Shown piece by piece: positions 10,135-20,769 of a stretch of DNA of 64,000 nucleotides; the stretch's first letter is position 1, and every line of letters starts with the position of its first letter. The DNA comes from Malacoraja senta (taxonomy: Eukaryota). The stretch covers positions 5,270,001 through 5,334,000 of the forward strand of contig CM075988.1 in assembly GCA_038087875.1 (NCBI GenBank), given 5' to 3'. A program made the position numbers and the translations under genes. The notes under the pieces were generated by a model, which was not told where the DNA came from, made no database searches, and was given only the letters and a program-made list of their open reading frames with translations.

Positions 10135-10171
10135 TATTGAGTATAGATGTTGGGAGGTCATGTTACAGTTA

Positions 10172-10427
10172 CTCCGCTGAGTTTCTCCAGCACTTTTGTC
10201 TTGTCTCCTCCCCTTCTTAGCTCTCCCTCAGCCCTCGGGCTCCTCCTCCTCCTTTTTTCTTTCTTCTCCCCCCCCCCCCCCCCCCCCACTCCCTATCAGT
10301 CTGAAGAAGGGTTTCAGCCCGAAACGTTACCTATTTCCTTCGCTCCATAGATGCTGCTGCACCCGCTGAGTTTCTCCAGCACTTTTGTCTACCTTCGATT
10401 TTCCAGCATCTGCAGTTCCTCTTAAAC
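10172..10427 (+). mobile_element. Short Penelope-derived 3' fragment with hammerhead-like core
   Basis: Matches the 9925-10130 tail. Flanked by ACAGTTAC-like direct repeats inside the CR1. Confidence 0.8.
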
Positions 10428-11184
10428 ACAGTTACATAAGATGTTGGTGAGGCCACATTTGGAGTATTGTGTTCAGTTCTAGGCACCATTTTAAGCTTGT
10501 CAAGCTTGAAAGGCTTCAGAGTAGATTTACCTGAATGCTGGGTGATAGGGGGAGGTTGAGCAAGCTCTGGCTTTATTCCTTGGAATGCGGGGGGGATGAG
10601 GGGGGGGGGATCTTATAGAGGTGTCCAAAATCATGAGAGGAATAGATCAGGCAAACACACAGAATCTTTTGCCCAGAGTAGGGGAATCATGAACCAGGGA
10701 ACATACCGTAGGTTTAAGATTAGAGGGGAAAGATTTAATGGGAACCTGAGGGGTACCTTTCTTATATAAAGGGCGGTGAGTGTATGGAACAAGCTGCCAG
10801 AGGAAGTAGTTGAGGCAGGTACTATTGCAACATTTAAGAAACATCAAGACTGGTACATGGGCAGGATAAGTTTAGAGGGATATGGGCCTAATACAGGTAG
10901 GTGGGACATGTAGATGGGGCATCTTGATCAGTGTGGGTAAATTGGGTCGAAGCACCTGTTCCCACTCTCTATGACTCTATGATTCTCTGAGTCTGTGGTG
11001 TGGAATTGTGCAGGAGAGGGCAGTGAGGAGTGTGTCACCATCAGTCTATCAGGAGCCTTGGAAATTCATATTCCACAGCACAGGCTCATGTACCTGGACC
11101 TTACCAACATTTCAGTGGTTGTTCCTACTGTGCTGACTCAGTGGTTGTTCCTACTGTGCTGACTCATCAGGCGACACACTTGCA

Positions 11185-11475
11185 CTGGTAGAGCCATGGG
11201 TAGAGCTGGTAGAGCCACTGCCTCACAGCGCCAGAGCCTGGGTTCAATCCCGACCACGGCTGCTGTCTGTACGGAGTTTGTACGTTCTCCCCGTGACCGC
11301 GTGGGTTTCCTCCGAGTTCTTCGGTTTCCTCCCACACTCCAAAGACGTACAGGTCTGTAGGTTAATTGGCTTGGTATAAATGTAAATTGTCCCTAGTGTG
11401 TGTAGGATAGCGTTAGTGTGCGGGCATCACTGGTCAGTGGGGACTCGGTGGGCCGAAGTGCCTATTTCCACACGG
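11185..11475 (+). mobile_element. V-SINE (HE1-like)
   Basis: GGTTCAATCC B-box and core shared with other copies. Confidence 0.85.
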
Positions 11476-12052
11476 GCCAGTCAGCATCTTTAGTGTAGTT
11501 TAGTTTTAGAGATACAGCATGGAAACAGGCCCATCGGCCCACCAAGTCCGCATCGACCAGTGATCCCCGCACACCAACACTATCTTACACACAGACTTTG
11601 TGTCTATCTTCGGTGTATACCAGCATCTGCAGTTCCTTTCTATGCTAATTCACCGTATTGCCTTGTTTCCGCTCTCTCAGCTTTTGTTCAATGAACCTAC
11701 ATCCAAGGAACAACAAGTGATCTTTTGATCAGACAGATTACAACCTTCCTTCCAAACACAACAATGACTCCAACAATTTCAGATAATGACTAGTATTCCT
11801 ATCTTGCCTCCTTGTGACCCATCTTTTGTGACTTTGCATAAGTGATTACCAATCACATTTTCCTTTCATCATCATTACTTTCACTATTGAACCCTATCTA
11901 GCAGCCTGCCTTTCACAGACATCCCCGTTTGTTCCCTGCTTCCCTGCTGTTTTAACTGCATTTTAAAATCTTGTTTAATGTATAGCATTTTCAGTACGAA
12001 ACATCAGCCTAGAAATTCACCTGCACTATTTTCCCAGTCTTATAATGAATTA

Positions 12053-12358
12053 GAAACATAGAAACATAGAAAATAGGTGCAGGAGTAGGCCATTCGGCCC
12101 TTCAAGCCTGCACCGCCATTCAATATGATCATGGCTGATCATCCAACTCAGTATCCTGTACCTGCCTTCTCTCCGTACCCCCTGATCCCTTTAGCCACAA
12201 GGGCCACATCGAACTCCCTCTTAAATATAGCCAATGAACTGGCCTCAACTACCTTCTGTGTCAGAGAATTCCACAGATTTATCTCTCTCTGTGTAAAAAA
12301 TGATTTTCTCATCTCGGTCCTAAAAGACTTCCCCCTTATCCTTAAACTGTGACCCCTA
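12053..12358 (-). mobile_element. CR1/HER1-type LINE 3' end
   Basis: (TAGAAACA)n tail and TAGGTGCAGGAGTAGGCCATTCGGCCC, reverse complement of the 22990-23020 CR1 3' UTR. Confidence 0.85.
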
Positions 12359-12558
12359 GAATTCTAGATTAAGTGGGACCCATTGGGTCCCATGTTCACA
12401 CGGGAGGGCTGGTCCCCCAATGCAATATTCCACCTCTCTGTCAATTCCAATATCGGTGGCCAGTGGGAGGCTTTCTGCAGTGCTAGTATGGGTGTTGTGG
12501 GCCGAATTGACTGGTTTCCAAAGGGCTAGTATGGACAATGTGGGCTGAATGGATTCTT

Positions 12559-12723
12559 GGGCTGGCAGCTCAGTCACTCAGGCCTGGTAGGCTGGCAGCT
12601 CAGTCACTCAGGTCTGGTGGGCTGGCAGTTCAGTCACTCAGGCCTAGTGGGCTGGCAGCTCAGTCACTCAGGCCTGGTGGACTGGCAGCTCAGTCACTCA
12701 GAGCTGGTGGGCTGGCAGCTCAG
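12559..12723. repeat. 30-bp tandem repeat, about 5.5 copies
   Basis: GGGCTGGCAGCTCAGTCACTCAGGCCTGGT units. Confidence 0.95.
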
Positions 12724-13165
12724 AAACTGCCAGAAATTCTGCCCAAAACAGCTGAGAGACTCTGTGAGATAGAAGGGAAGGGGGTGGTGAATCAATTTTA
12801 TACATTTTTCATCTTTTTCAGCAGATCACAGCAATGAAGGAGGAAAGTCTATCCTAGCCTGTATCTCACGGGGAGCCAATGAAGGGAGGGAGAAAAATAC
12901 TGGGGTTGAGGTTTACTACTTGCAGGGATAATATTTACTGATGGGTCGAAGGGATTCCTCCCTGGCTAGTACAGGCCTGATGGGCCAAAGGGACACTTAA
13001 AAATAAATCTGTGAAATCCCAGTGAAAGGTACTTTTTGTGAACTTTTCCTGGCCTGGCAGGGGCATTTTGGGCCAAAATGTGCCTCCTGGGCTAATACGG
13101 GCATTTTGGGCAAAAGGGACTGTTTTTTTGGCTAATAGGGGCCTTGTGGGCCGAATTTAGTGGTT

Positions 13166-14792
13166 TCAGGCAGGCCAAACAGCTCATTTCATTTCATTTC
13201 CATTTCCAGGCCAAACAGCTCATTGCATTTTCATTTCACTTCCATTGCTATTGCAGTTTCAAGCACAGGCCAGGCCGAACTGCTCATTGCATTTTCATTT
13301 CACTTCCATTGCCATTGCAGTTTCAAGCACAGGGCAGACCGAACAGCTCATTGCATTTTCATTTCGCTACCATTGCCATTGGACTTTCAAGCACAGGGCA
13401 GGCCGAACAGCTCATTGAATTTACATTTCACTTCCATTGCCGTTGCCGTTTCAAGCACGGGGCAGGCCGAACAGCTCATTGCATTTTCATTTCACTTCCA
13501 TTGCCATTGCACTTTCAAGCACAGGGCAGGCCGAACAGCTCATTGCATTTTCATTTCACTTCCATTGCCATTGCAGTTTCAAGCACAGGGCAGGCCGAAC
13601 AGCTCATTGAATTTTCATTTCACTTCCATTGCCATTGAAGTTTCAAGCACAGGCCAGGCCGAACTGCTCATTGCATTTTCATTTCACTTCCATTGCCATT
13701 GCAGTTTCAAGCACAGGGCAGACCGAACAGCTCATTGCATTTTCATTTCGCTACCATTGCCATTGGACTTTCAAGCACAGGGCAGGCCGAACAGCTCATT
13801 GAATTTACATTTCACTTCCATTGCCGTTGCCGTTTCAAGCACGGGGCAGGCCGAACAGCTCATTGAATTTACATTTCACTTCCATTGCCGTTGCCGTTTC
13901 AAGCACGGGGCAGGCCGAACAGCTCATTGCATTTTCATTTCACTTCCATTGCCATTGCACTTTCAAGCACAGGGCAGGCCGAACAGCTCATTGCATTTTC
14001 ATTTCACTTCCATTGCCATTGCAGTTTCAAGCACAGGGCAGACCGAACAGCTCATTGCATTTTCATTTCGCTACCATTGCCATTGGACTTTCAAGCACAG
14101 GGCAGGCCGAACAGCTCATTGAATTTACATTTCACTTCCATTGCTGTTGCCGTTTCAAGCACGGGGCAGGCCGAACAGCTCATTGCATTTTCATTTCACA
14201 TCCATTGCCATTGCACTTTCAAGCACAGGGCAGGCCGAACAGCTCATTGCATTTTCATTTCACTTCCATTGCCATTGCAGTTTCAAGCACAGGGCAGGCC
14301 GAACAGCTCATTGCATTTTCATTTCACTTCCATTGCCATTGAAGTTTCAAGCACAGGCCAGGCCGAACTGCTCATTGCATTTTCATTTCACTTACATTGC
14401 CATTGCAGTTTCAATCACAGGGCAGACCGAACAGCTCATTGCATTTTCATTTCGCTACCATTGCCATTGGACTTTCAAGCACAGGGCAGGCCGAACAGCT
14501 CATTGAATTTACATTTCACTTCCATTGCCGTTGCCGTTTCAAGCACGGGGCAGGCCGAACAGCTCATTGAATTTACATTTCACTTCCATTGCCGTTGCCG
14601 TTTCAAGCACGGGGCAGGCCGAACAGCTCATTGCATTTTCATTTCACTTCCATTGCCATTGCACTTTCAAGCACAGGGCAGGCCGAACAGCTCATTGCAT
14701 TTTCATTTCACTTCCATTGCCATTGCAGTTTCAAGCACAGGGCAGGCCGAACAGCTCATTGCATTTTCATTTCACTTCCATTGCCATTGCAG
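13166..14792. repeat. 64-bp satellite, about 24-25 copies with higher-order variant pattern
   Basis: Unit CAAGCACAGGGCAGGCCGAACAGCTCATTGCATTTTCATTTCACTTCCATTGCCATTGCAGTTT in 64-bp phase from 13260 to 14732. Confidence 0.97.
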
Positions 14793-14829
14793 ATGGAAGT
14801 GAACTTTGTATAAGAAACTTACCCTTTCT

Positions 14830-16630
14830 CTGTATAAGAAACTTACCCTTTATACTTTGCCTCTCTCACTTTAAATCTATGTCCTCCACTCTTTTTATAT
14901 TTCCATCCTGAAGAAAAGGTTTTGTCTATCCTAACTATGCCTCCCATAATTGTATACACTTCTCCCCTCAACCTCCACTGTTCCAGAAAAAACAATCCAA
15001 GTCTATCCAACCTCTCCCTATAGCTAAAACCCTCTAATCCAGCATCATTCTGGCAAACCTCCCCTGCACCCTTTTCAAAGCCTCCACATCCTTTCTGTAT
15101 TGGTGTGTCTAGAATTGCAAGCAATACTCCAAATGCAGCCTGACCAAAATCCTATAAAGCGGCATCATGACTTCCTGATTCATATACTCGATACTCTGTC
15201 CAATGAAGGCAAGCACACCATATGTCTTCTTTACTACTTTATGTACTTACGTTGCTACTTTCAGGAAGTTATGGGCTTGGACCCCAAGATCCTTCTGTAT
15301 TAATGATTTGGATAAGACTGCAGTAAGTTTGCAGATGACACCAATATTAGTGGTATAGTGCATAGTGAAGAATATATATTTAAGATTAAAACAGGCTTGA
15401 GAACAATTGGGAAAGGGGGCCAAAAAATAGCAGATAGAATTGAACTTGAACAAGTGCGAACTGTTGCAATTGGTAGGTTAAACTAGGATAGAGTCAATAA
15501 ATGGCAGGGCTGTGGAGAGTGCTGTAGAATAGACAGGGACTTGTACACGTACATAGTTCCCTGATTGTAACAACACAGGTAGATGTAGTGAAGAAAAAGG
15601 TGTTTTGGCATGCTTGCTTTCATCAGTCAGGTTATTGGGTGCAAGTGTCACATTGAGGCCCAACGCAAATTGAATGAACAGCACCTCATATTTCGCTTGG
15701 CCAGGTTGCAACCCAGCGATATGAATATCAACTTCTCTAACCAAGCAACCCTTGCTTTCCCTCTCTCTTTATCCATCCCCCATCCCAGTTCTCCCACCAG
15801 TCTGACTGTCTTCCTAGTTATATTTTATCTTTGTATGCTTTGTTGTCACCTTCCCCTAACATACAATGATCTATTCTACAGTTTCCTTGAGCCTCATCCC
15901 CTTTGATGTCTCGTTTTCACACCTTACCCTTCCATATCTCTGCTTTTCCCTCTCCCCTGACTCTCAGTCTGAAGAAGGGTCTCGTCCTGAAACGTCATCC
16001 AGAGACGATTCTATCCAGAGATGCCGCCTGGTTACTCCAGAGATGCAGCTGAGTTACTCCAGCATTTTGTGTCTATATTGAATGCAAGAGTTGGGATGCA
16101 AGAAGTTGCTGAGAGCACACTTGGACTGTAAAGGTCTTTTTGCTGAGGAAGGATGACACTAAGTTACAAAAGGTGCAGACAAGATTCACAAGGATGTTAC
16201 TGGGCTGGAGAGCTTGTGTTATGAGGAGGAACTCGAAAGGCTAGGGGTTTTCCCTGGCACATACAATATGTGATAGATTACCTTTTTGAGGTACTGTATA
16301 TAAAATTATGAGAGACATAGTAAATGTGAATATTTTCAAAATGCTGGAGTAACTCAGCAGGTCAGGCAGCACCTCTGGAGAAACAGACTGGGTGACGTTT
16401 CAGGTCAAGACCCTTCTTCAGACTGTCTCAGTCTTGCAGTTCCTTCCTGTACATGTGAGTATTCACAGCAATTTTCCTAGAATAGGGGACTCCAAAACTA
16501 GAGGACATAGGTTGAAGGTGAGAGGGGAAAAATTTAAGGGAGAACTCTGGGGCAGCTTTTGTACACAGAAAATGTTGGGTATGTGGAACAGGCTGCAAGA
16601 GAAAGTGGAAGAGGCAGATACAATTGCCAA
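14830..16630. mobile_element. Old CR1 fragments (minus 14830-15300, plus 15300-16630) with Penelope-derived insertions (~15645-16076, ~16338-16452)
   Basis: AAGTTTGCAGATGACACCAA (KFADDT). The ORF at 15610 has EQHLIFRLARLQPSDMNINFSN, the PLE endonuclease C-terminus. Confidence 0.7.
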
Positions 16631-16649
16631 TATCATCCTGCTGCACACG

Positions 16650-18355
16650 AAGGGAGCAAAACAGAATAGTGGGAACTATATCTCTCGTTTCCCTTATCCC
16701 TAACCAGCCTGAAGAAGGGTCTCGACCCGAAACGTCACTCATTCCTTCTCTCCGGAGATACTGCCTGTCCCGCTGAATTACTCCAGCTTTTTCTGTCTAT
16801 CTTCAGTGGGAACTATAGGCCAGTTAGTCTGACTTTGGTGGTTGGGAAGATTAAAATTATTTTGGGAAGAGTCCATTATTAAAAAGGATGAGGTTACGGA
16901 GTACTTAGAAGTTCACGATAAAATTGGCAGAAGTCAGCATGGGTCTGTGAAGGTGAGGTCTTGCCTGACGAATCTGCTGGAATTCTTTGAAGAAGTAAAT
17001 GGAATCTGCTGGAATTCTTTGAAGAAGTAAATAGCAGGACAGACAAAGGAGAGTCAGTGGATGTTGTTGATCTAGATTTTCAGAAAGCCTTTGATAAGGT
17101 GCCAAACATGAGTCTACCGAGAAAGATGAGAGCCCATGGTATCAAAGGGCAGATACTACTAGCGTGGATACACAAAAATGCTGGAGAAACTCAGCGGGTG
17201 CAGCAGCATCTATGGAGCGAAGGAAATAGGCAACGTTTCGGGCCGAAACCCTTCTTCAGACTGATAGGGGGTGGGGAGAAGAAAGGAAAAAAGGGAAAAG
17301 GCGGAGGAGGAGCCTGAGGGCTGGGGGGGGGGGGGGGAGGAGACAACCAGAGGGCTGATGAAGGGGAGGGGACAAGCGTGGATAGCAGGTTGGCCGGATG
17401 GCAGAAGGCAAAGAGTGGCAATAAAGGTAGCTTTTTCTGCTTGGCTGCCAGCAACTAACAGGGCTCAGTGCTGGGGCTGCTGCTCTTCAAATTGTATATT
17501 AATGATTTAGACGAGGGGCTTGAAGGCTTTGTGGCTATTGCGGATGATACAAAAATAGGTGGAGGGGCAGGTAGTGTAGAGATAGCAGGGGCTCTCCAGA
17601 AGGACTTGGACAGGTTGGGAGCGTGGGCAGAGAAGTGGCAGATGGAACATAGTGCAGCAAAGTGTGGAGTCATGCACTTTGGTAGTAGGAATAAAGGCGT
17701 AGACTATTTTCGAAATGGTGAGAGAATCCAGAAATCGGAGGTGCAAAGGGACTTGGGAGTGCTGGTGCAGCATTCTCAAAAAGTTAATTTGCATGTCCAA
17801 TCGGTTGTAAGGAAGGCATACAATGCTAGCATTTATTTCAAAAGGGCTAGAATACAAAAACCGGGATCTAATTCTGAGGTCAGGCCACAGTTTGAGTTTT
17901 GTGAGCAATTCTGGGCACCATATCCGAGGAAGGATGTCCTGGCTCTGTATTCGCTGGAGTTTAAAAGGATGAGGGGGGCCCTTATTGAAACTTATCAAAG
18001 GGTGAAAGGTTTGCGTAGAGTGGATGTGGAGATGATGTTTCCACTAGTGGGAGAGTCTAGGACGAGAGGTCATAGCATCAGAATTAAAGTACGTTCCTTT
18101 AAGGAGATGAGAAGGAATTTATTTCGTCAGAGGGTGGTGATTCTGTTGAAATCTTTACCACAGAAGGCTGTGGAGGCCAAGTCGATGGATATTTTTAAGG
18201 CAGGGATAGATAGGTTCTTGGTTGTCAGGGGTTATGGGGAGAAGGCAGGAGAATGGGTTTAAGAGGGAGAGATAGAATAGCCGTGAATGAATGGTGAAGT
18301 AGACTTGATGGGCCGAATGGCCTAATTCTTCTCCTATTACTTGTGACATGACCTT
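16650..18355 (+). mobile_element. Degenerate CR1/HER1 LINE ORF2 with Penelope-tail insertions
   Basis: SCLTNLLEFFEEV, LDFQKAFDKVP, YINDLDEG...ADDTKIGG. Insertion 17171-17374 has TSD AGCGTGGATA (17161-17170, 17375-17384). Insertion ~16681-16805 has TSD AGTGGGAACTATA. Confidence 0.9.
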
Positions 18356-19399
18356 ATGACAACACTGTAAAGAGCATTTAGACAGGTACATGGACAAGAT
18401 AGTTAAGAGCGATATGAATCAAATGTGCTCTAATGGGACTAGCTCAAGTAGAAACTTTGATTTCATGAACAAGTTGGGCCAAAGAGCCTGTTTCCATGCT
18501 GTGTAACTCCATGACTCTAAAACACCCCCCTGGCTATCTGGTGTCTTTCAGGGAAGGTAACCTGCTGCCTTTATCTGGTTTATATCTGACCAAGGGCAAG
18601 AAGGTTGATTCAGCAGCAATTTGAAGTGGCTTGGTCTCAGAAGTTCTCCATTCGATTTTTATGTCATTGTGTTCTTAATTAGCAAAGCAACAATTTCTGG
18701 ACCTCAATCCCTGAAGATCTCCGCCCACTGTCACTCTCCTTCTCTGAGACACATTTTTAAACTTGAATCTTCGGTCCTGTTATTTTGTTGTCACTACCAT
18801 TTCCACCACGTGCCTTTGTGTCAAAATCACGCTGATAAAAGCACCTGGGGACATATTCCTCCACTTAACGTGTCAGGAAATTGCGAGCTGCTGAAAGCTG
18901 GATAATTCATACAACGCCGAGTGCTTGAAGAGATGGTGATCACAGTGACTACTTGAAATGTTATTGATGTTAACAAGCACTTTAAGTGTGGAGTATCCGA
19001 CTGAGCACTTTAAGTGTCGTGAGTTGTGCTGAGGTACATGTGGATATGCTGAATGATACTGAATGTGCTGTGGTGCAACTGATGGCGACTTATAAATGTT
19101 GCAATTCACGCTGAATACGTGAGGCGATAGTGAGTGGTGCCAAATATTTGGGTAATGTGCCTCATGCTGAGTGCTGTCACGAATGCGGAGCATGCCCACA
19201 TCTTCGACAATGTGGATGTTGCCAAATACTTTAATTAACATGAATTATGCACTTTAAATAAAGTGCATTGAGTTTGGTGATACATTGGGTTGGATCGGGC
19301 CAAGAGCAATCACTGTTGCAGGCTTTTTCCCCAAGTACTGTGGATGGAGATGTACACATTGTGTGTACTTTTTTTGTCCTTAACAAAGAACTAGTTTAG

Positions 19400-19745
19400 T
19401 GTTGGAAGGAACTGAAGATGCTGGATTAAGCCAAATATAGACACAAATTGCTGGAGTAACTCAGCGGGACAGGCAGCATCTCTGGAGAGAAGGAATGGGT
19501 GACCTTCCAGGTTGAGACCCTTCCTCAGACTGAGAGGCAGGGGAGAGGGAGAAACTGAGATGGAAGAGCAAGGTGTGAAAACGAGACATCAAAGGGGATG
19601 AAGCTCAAGGAAACTAGATTAGTTCATTGTATGTTAGGGGAAGATGACAACAAAGCATACAAAGATAAAATATAACTAAGAAGACAGTCAGACTGATCGG
19701 AGAACTGGGATGGAGGTTGAATGGAGAGAGAGGGAAAGCAAGGCG
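19400..19745 (-). mobile_element. Penelope-derived 3' fragment
   Basis: GGAAGGAACTGAAGATGCTGG...GCTGGAGTAACTCAGCGGG...CCCTTCCTCAGACTG, reverse complement of the family at 15740-16076. Confidence 0.8.
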
Positions 19746-19754
19746 ACACAACTT

Positions 19755-20054
19755 TTAGTTTAGTGTAGTTTAGTTTAGAGATACAGCGCGGAAACAGGGC
19801 CTTCGGCCCACCGGTTCCACATCGACCAGCGATCTCCAAACATTAACGCTATCCTACACACACTAGGAACAACTTTATAATTACATCAAACCAATTAACC
19901 TGTACATCTTTAGAGTGTGGGAGGAAACTGAAGATCTTGGAGAAAACCGACGCAGGTCACGGAGAGAACGTACAGACAGCACCTGTAGTCAGGATCGAAC
20001 CCGGGTCTCTGGCGCTGTAAGGCAGCAACTCTACCGCTGCGACACCGTGCCACC
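19755..20054 (-). mobile_element. V-SINE (HE1-like)
   Basis: Full head-to-tail match to other copies. Confidence 0.88.
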
Positions 20055-20769
20055 CTAAACTCTCCATTCAATTTCTAGGTCATTGAGCCCTTAATTAGTA
20101 CCATTTTCTTCAATTAATCACAGATAAAGCACTGAAAGGATTGTAAGTTACTGGGGGCAAATCCTCCAAGATTATGGAAGAACTCGGGGATAAGAACCTG
20201 GACATTTTAAAACAGACATGCTGGCTGCAAAAGCAAAAAAAAAAAAAAAAAAAAGGGATCACAAGTTCAAAGCCTGTCTGTGGGTCTGGGCAGCCACCTG
20301 ACCCTGCATCGATCTAGCTGTAAGTACCCCAGACAACCTGGTGAAGTTCCCGAAATAGGATAGAGGTTGAGAGAAGAAGGGGAAGGGGGGGGGGTGCATT
20401 TGTAATTAAAATTGTGTAAAGTAAGTTTTTACGACATGCCCGATAATTTTCTTTACATAGTCTTAGTTTAAAGCATAAGTTTAGTCACGTATTATGTCGA
20501 GTTGGTGAGATTCGATTTCTCATTTGTTCAATGAAGCCTGTAAATTTTAGACTTGCTTTGCGTCTTGGTTTCTGTTTTCTCTCATCAGCACGCTCTGGTC
20601 AAGTCAACCTTTTATCATATCCCACCATAATTCCAAGGTCTAGTACCCAGGGAAACCCCTTTTTTTGTATTCTCTATTGGGAACCGCTCGAGTGGAGTGG
20701 TGGCCGTTTGACCCATCGACAAGGGAGAGAATCACTCGGGCAGTTGGGCCTGAAGTGGAGCAAAGGGAA

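Larger units (their letters stand above)
8282..10990 (+). mobile_element. CR1/HER1-type LINE 3' part, split by two Penelope-derived insertions
   Basis: CR1 ORF2 C-terminal nucleotide motifs (AGGGATCTAGGAG, GGTGAGGCCACATTTGGAGTATTGTGTTCAGTTC) and (ATGACTCT)n-like tail at ~10970-10990. Confidence 0.8.
12364..14815 (-). mobile_element. Probable non-autonomous Helitron-like element carrying tandem arrays
   Basis: Minus strand ends GGGACCCAATGGGTCCC (hairpin) ACTTAATCTAG, matching the Helitron 3' hairpin + CTRR signature. Candidate 5' end TCTTATACAAAG at 14815. No TSD. The canonical A|T insertion site is not preserved. Confidence 0.6.

Noticed and set aside
11113..11166. 25-bp tandem duplication (similar ones at 16970-17030 and 63242-63283)
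   Set aside because: Ordinary local duplications with no further structure.
13260..14792. CRISPR array
   Set aside because: Contiguous tandem units without unique spacers, eukaryotic context, no cas genes.
13144..14911. His/Phe-rich ORFs up to 320 aa
   Set aside because: Products of a 64-bp (non-triplet) satellite read in rotating frames.
18970..19020. miR-17/302/430-like seeds (TAAAGTGCT on minus)
   Set aside because: No complementary arm for a pre-miRNA hairpin seen; looks like a short local duplication.
20560..20700. Possible exon after a pyrimidine tract ending CATCAG
   Set aside because: No recognisable reading frame, clear donor site or partner exons.
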